DNA of 64,000 bases from Ruditapes philippinarum (taxonomy: Eukaryota), in assembly GCF_026571515.1 (NCBI RefSeq), contig NW_026853286.1, positions 62,001 to 126,000 on the forward strand, in the 5' to 3' direction. Below the pieces are notes generated by a model. It worked only from the letters and a program-made list of their open reading frames with translations, made no database searches and was not told the origin of the DNA. Numbering within the stretch: the stretch's first letter is position 1; the number at the start of each line of letters is the position of its first letter. The translations under genes and the position numbers were made by a program. Shown one piece after another: positions 63,557 to 64,000 of this stretch.

Positions 63557-64000
63557 ATGAACCTGAATTATTCAACATTTATCTAAAACATAATTTACAA
63601 TACACATGTATGTCCATTTTAATTCATATGAATACAGTTGACATAATTTACAAAGTACTTCTTCATGCATAAATATGTTATTATGTATTGTTTTTACTGT
63701 AAATATACATGGAATGGATGATTTGCTGCTTATATATCGGAATTTGACTGGTTAAAAATTTTAACATAAAGTGGGTGGGGTAATTTGACACCAGTTTGTC
63801 ATAGAATTGCCCACCAAAATTTTTTTTTAATTTTAAATGCATAAATTTTTGTATCAACATGGACAAAAATTTGTTTGTATGAAGTTTGCATGTAATAAAT
63901 ATGTTTAACTTATATATAGAAGTGTTTTTTTAGTATCATCGGAAATTAACAAATTACGCCGATTTTATAACTGAAATTTAAGGGTGTCAACTTGAAAGCC

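Overview
AT-rich eukaryotic genomic DNA, most likely a bivalve mollusc (inferred from the SINE/MITE repertoire and expanded RING-less B-box genes). It is not prokaryotic and has no CRISPR array. Layout: (1) 572-7248, a non-coding TIR element built from CpG-rich GAGACCGTCGA hairpins, with a SINE insertion and an assembly gap. (2) About 10.8-25 kb, a 49-bp satellite that flips polarity at about 12458 and is interrupted by a full-length Ngaro-type tyrosine-recombinase retrotransposon (12546-21048). That element has split direct repeats A1..B1-A2..B2, an intact SGNH-hydrolase ORF placed upstream of gag-RT-RNaseH-YR, and a 3' array of covarying bulged-A hairpins. It is followed by a rearranged Penelope element with a minimal hammerhead ribozyme and a pogo-like fragment. 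(3) A twin inverted tRNA-containing mini-LTR element and several MITEs. (4) 26.8-47.2 kb, a tandem segmental duplication with three RING-less B-box/coiled-coil/beta-propeller (TRIM-like) genes whose propeller loops are hypervariable, plus an RTE-X-like LINE. (5) A spliced OXNAD1 gene (-) head-to-head with the 5' end of ALDH9A1 (+), whose intron holds an Academ-like transposase relic. Stretches at about 17.6-18.6, 19.9-20.6 and 31-32 kb look like unpolished long-read consensus, so frameshifts there may be artefacts.
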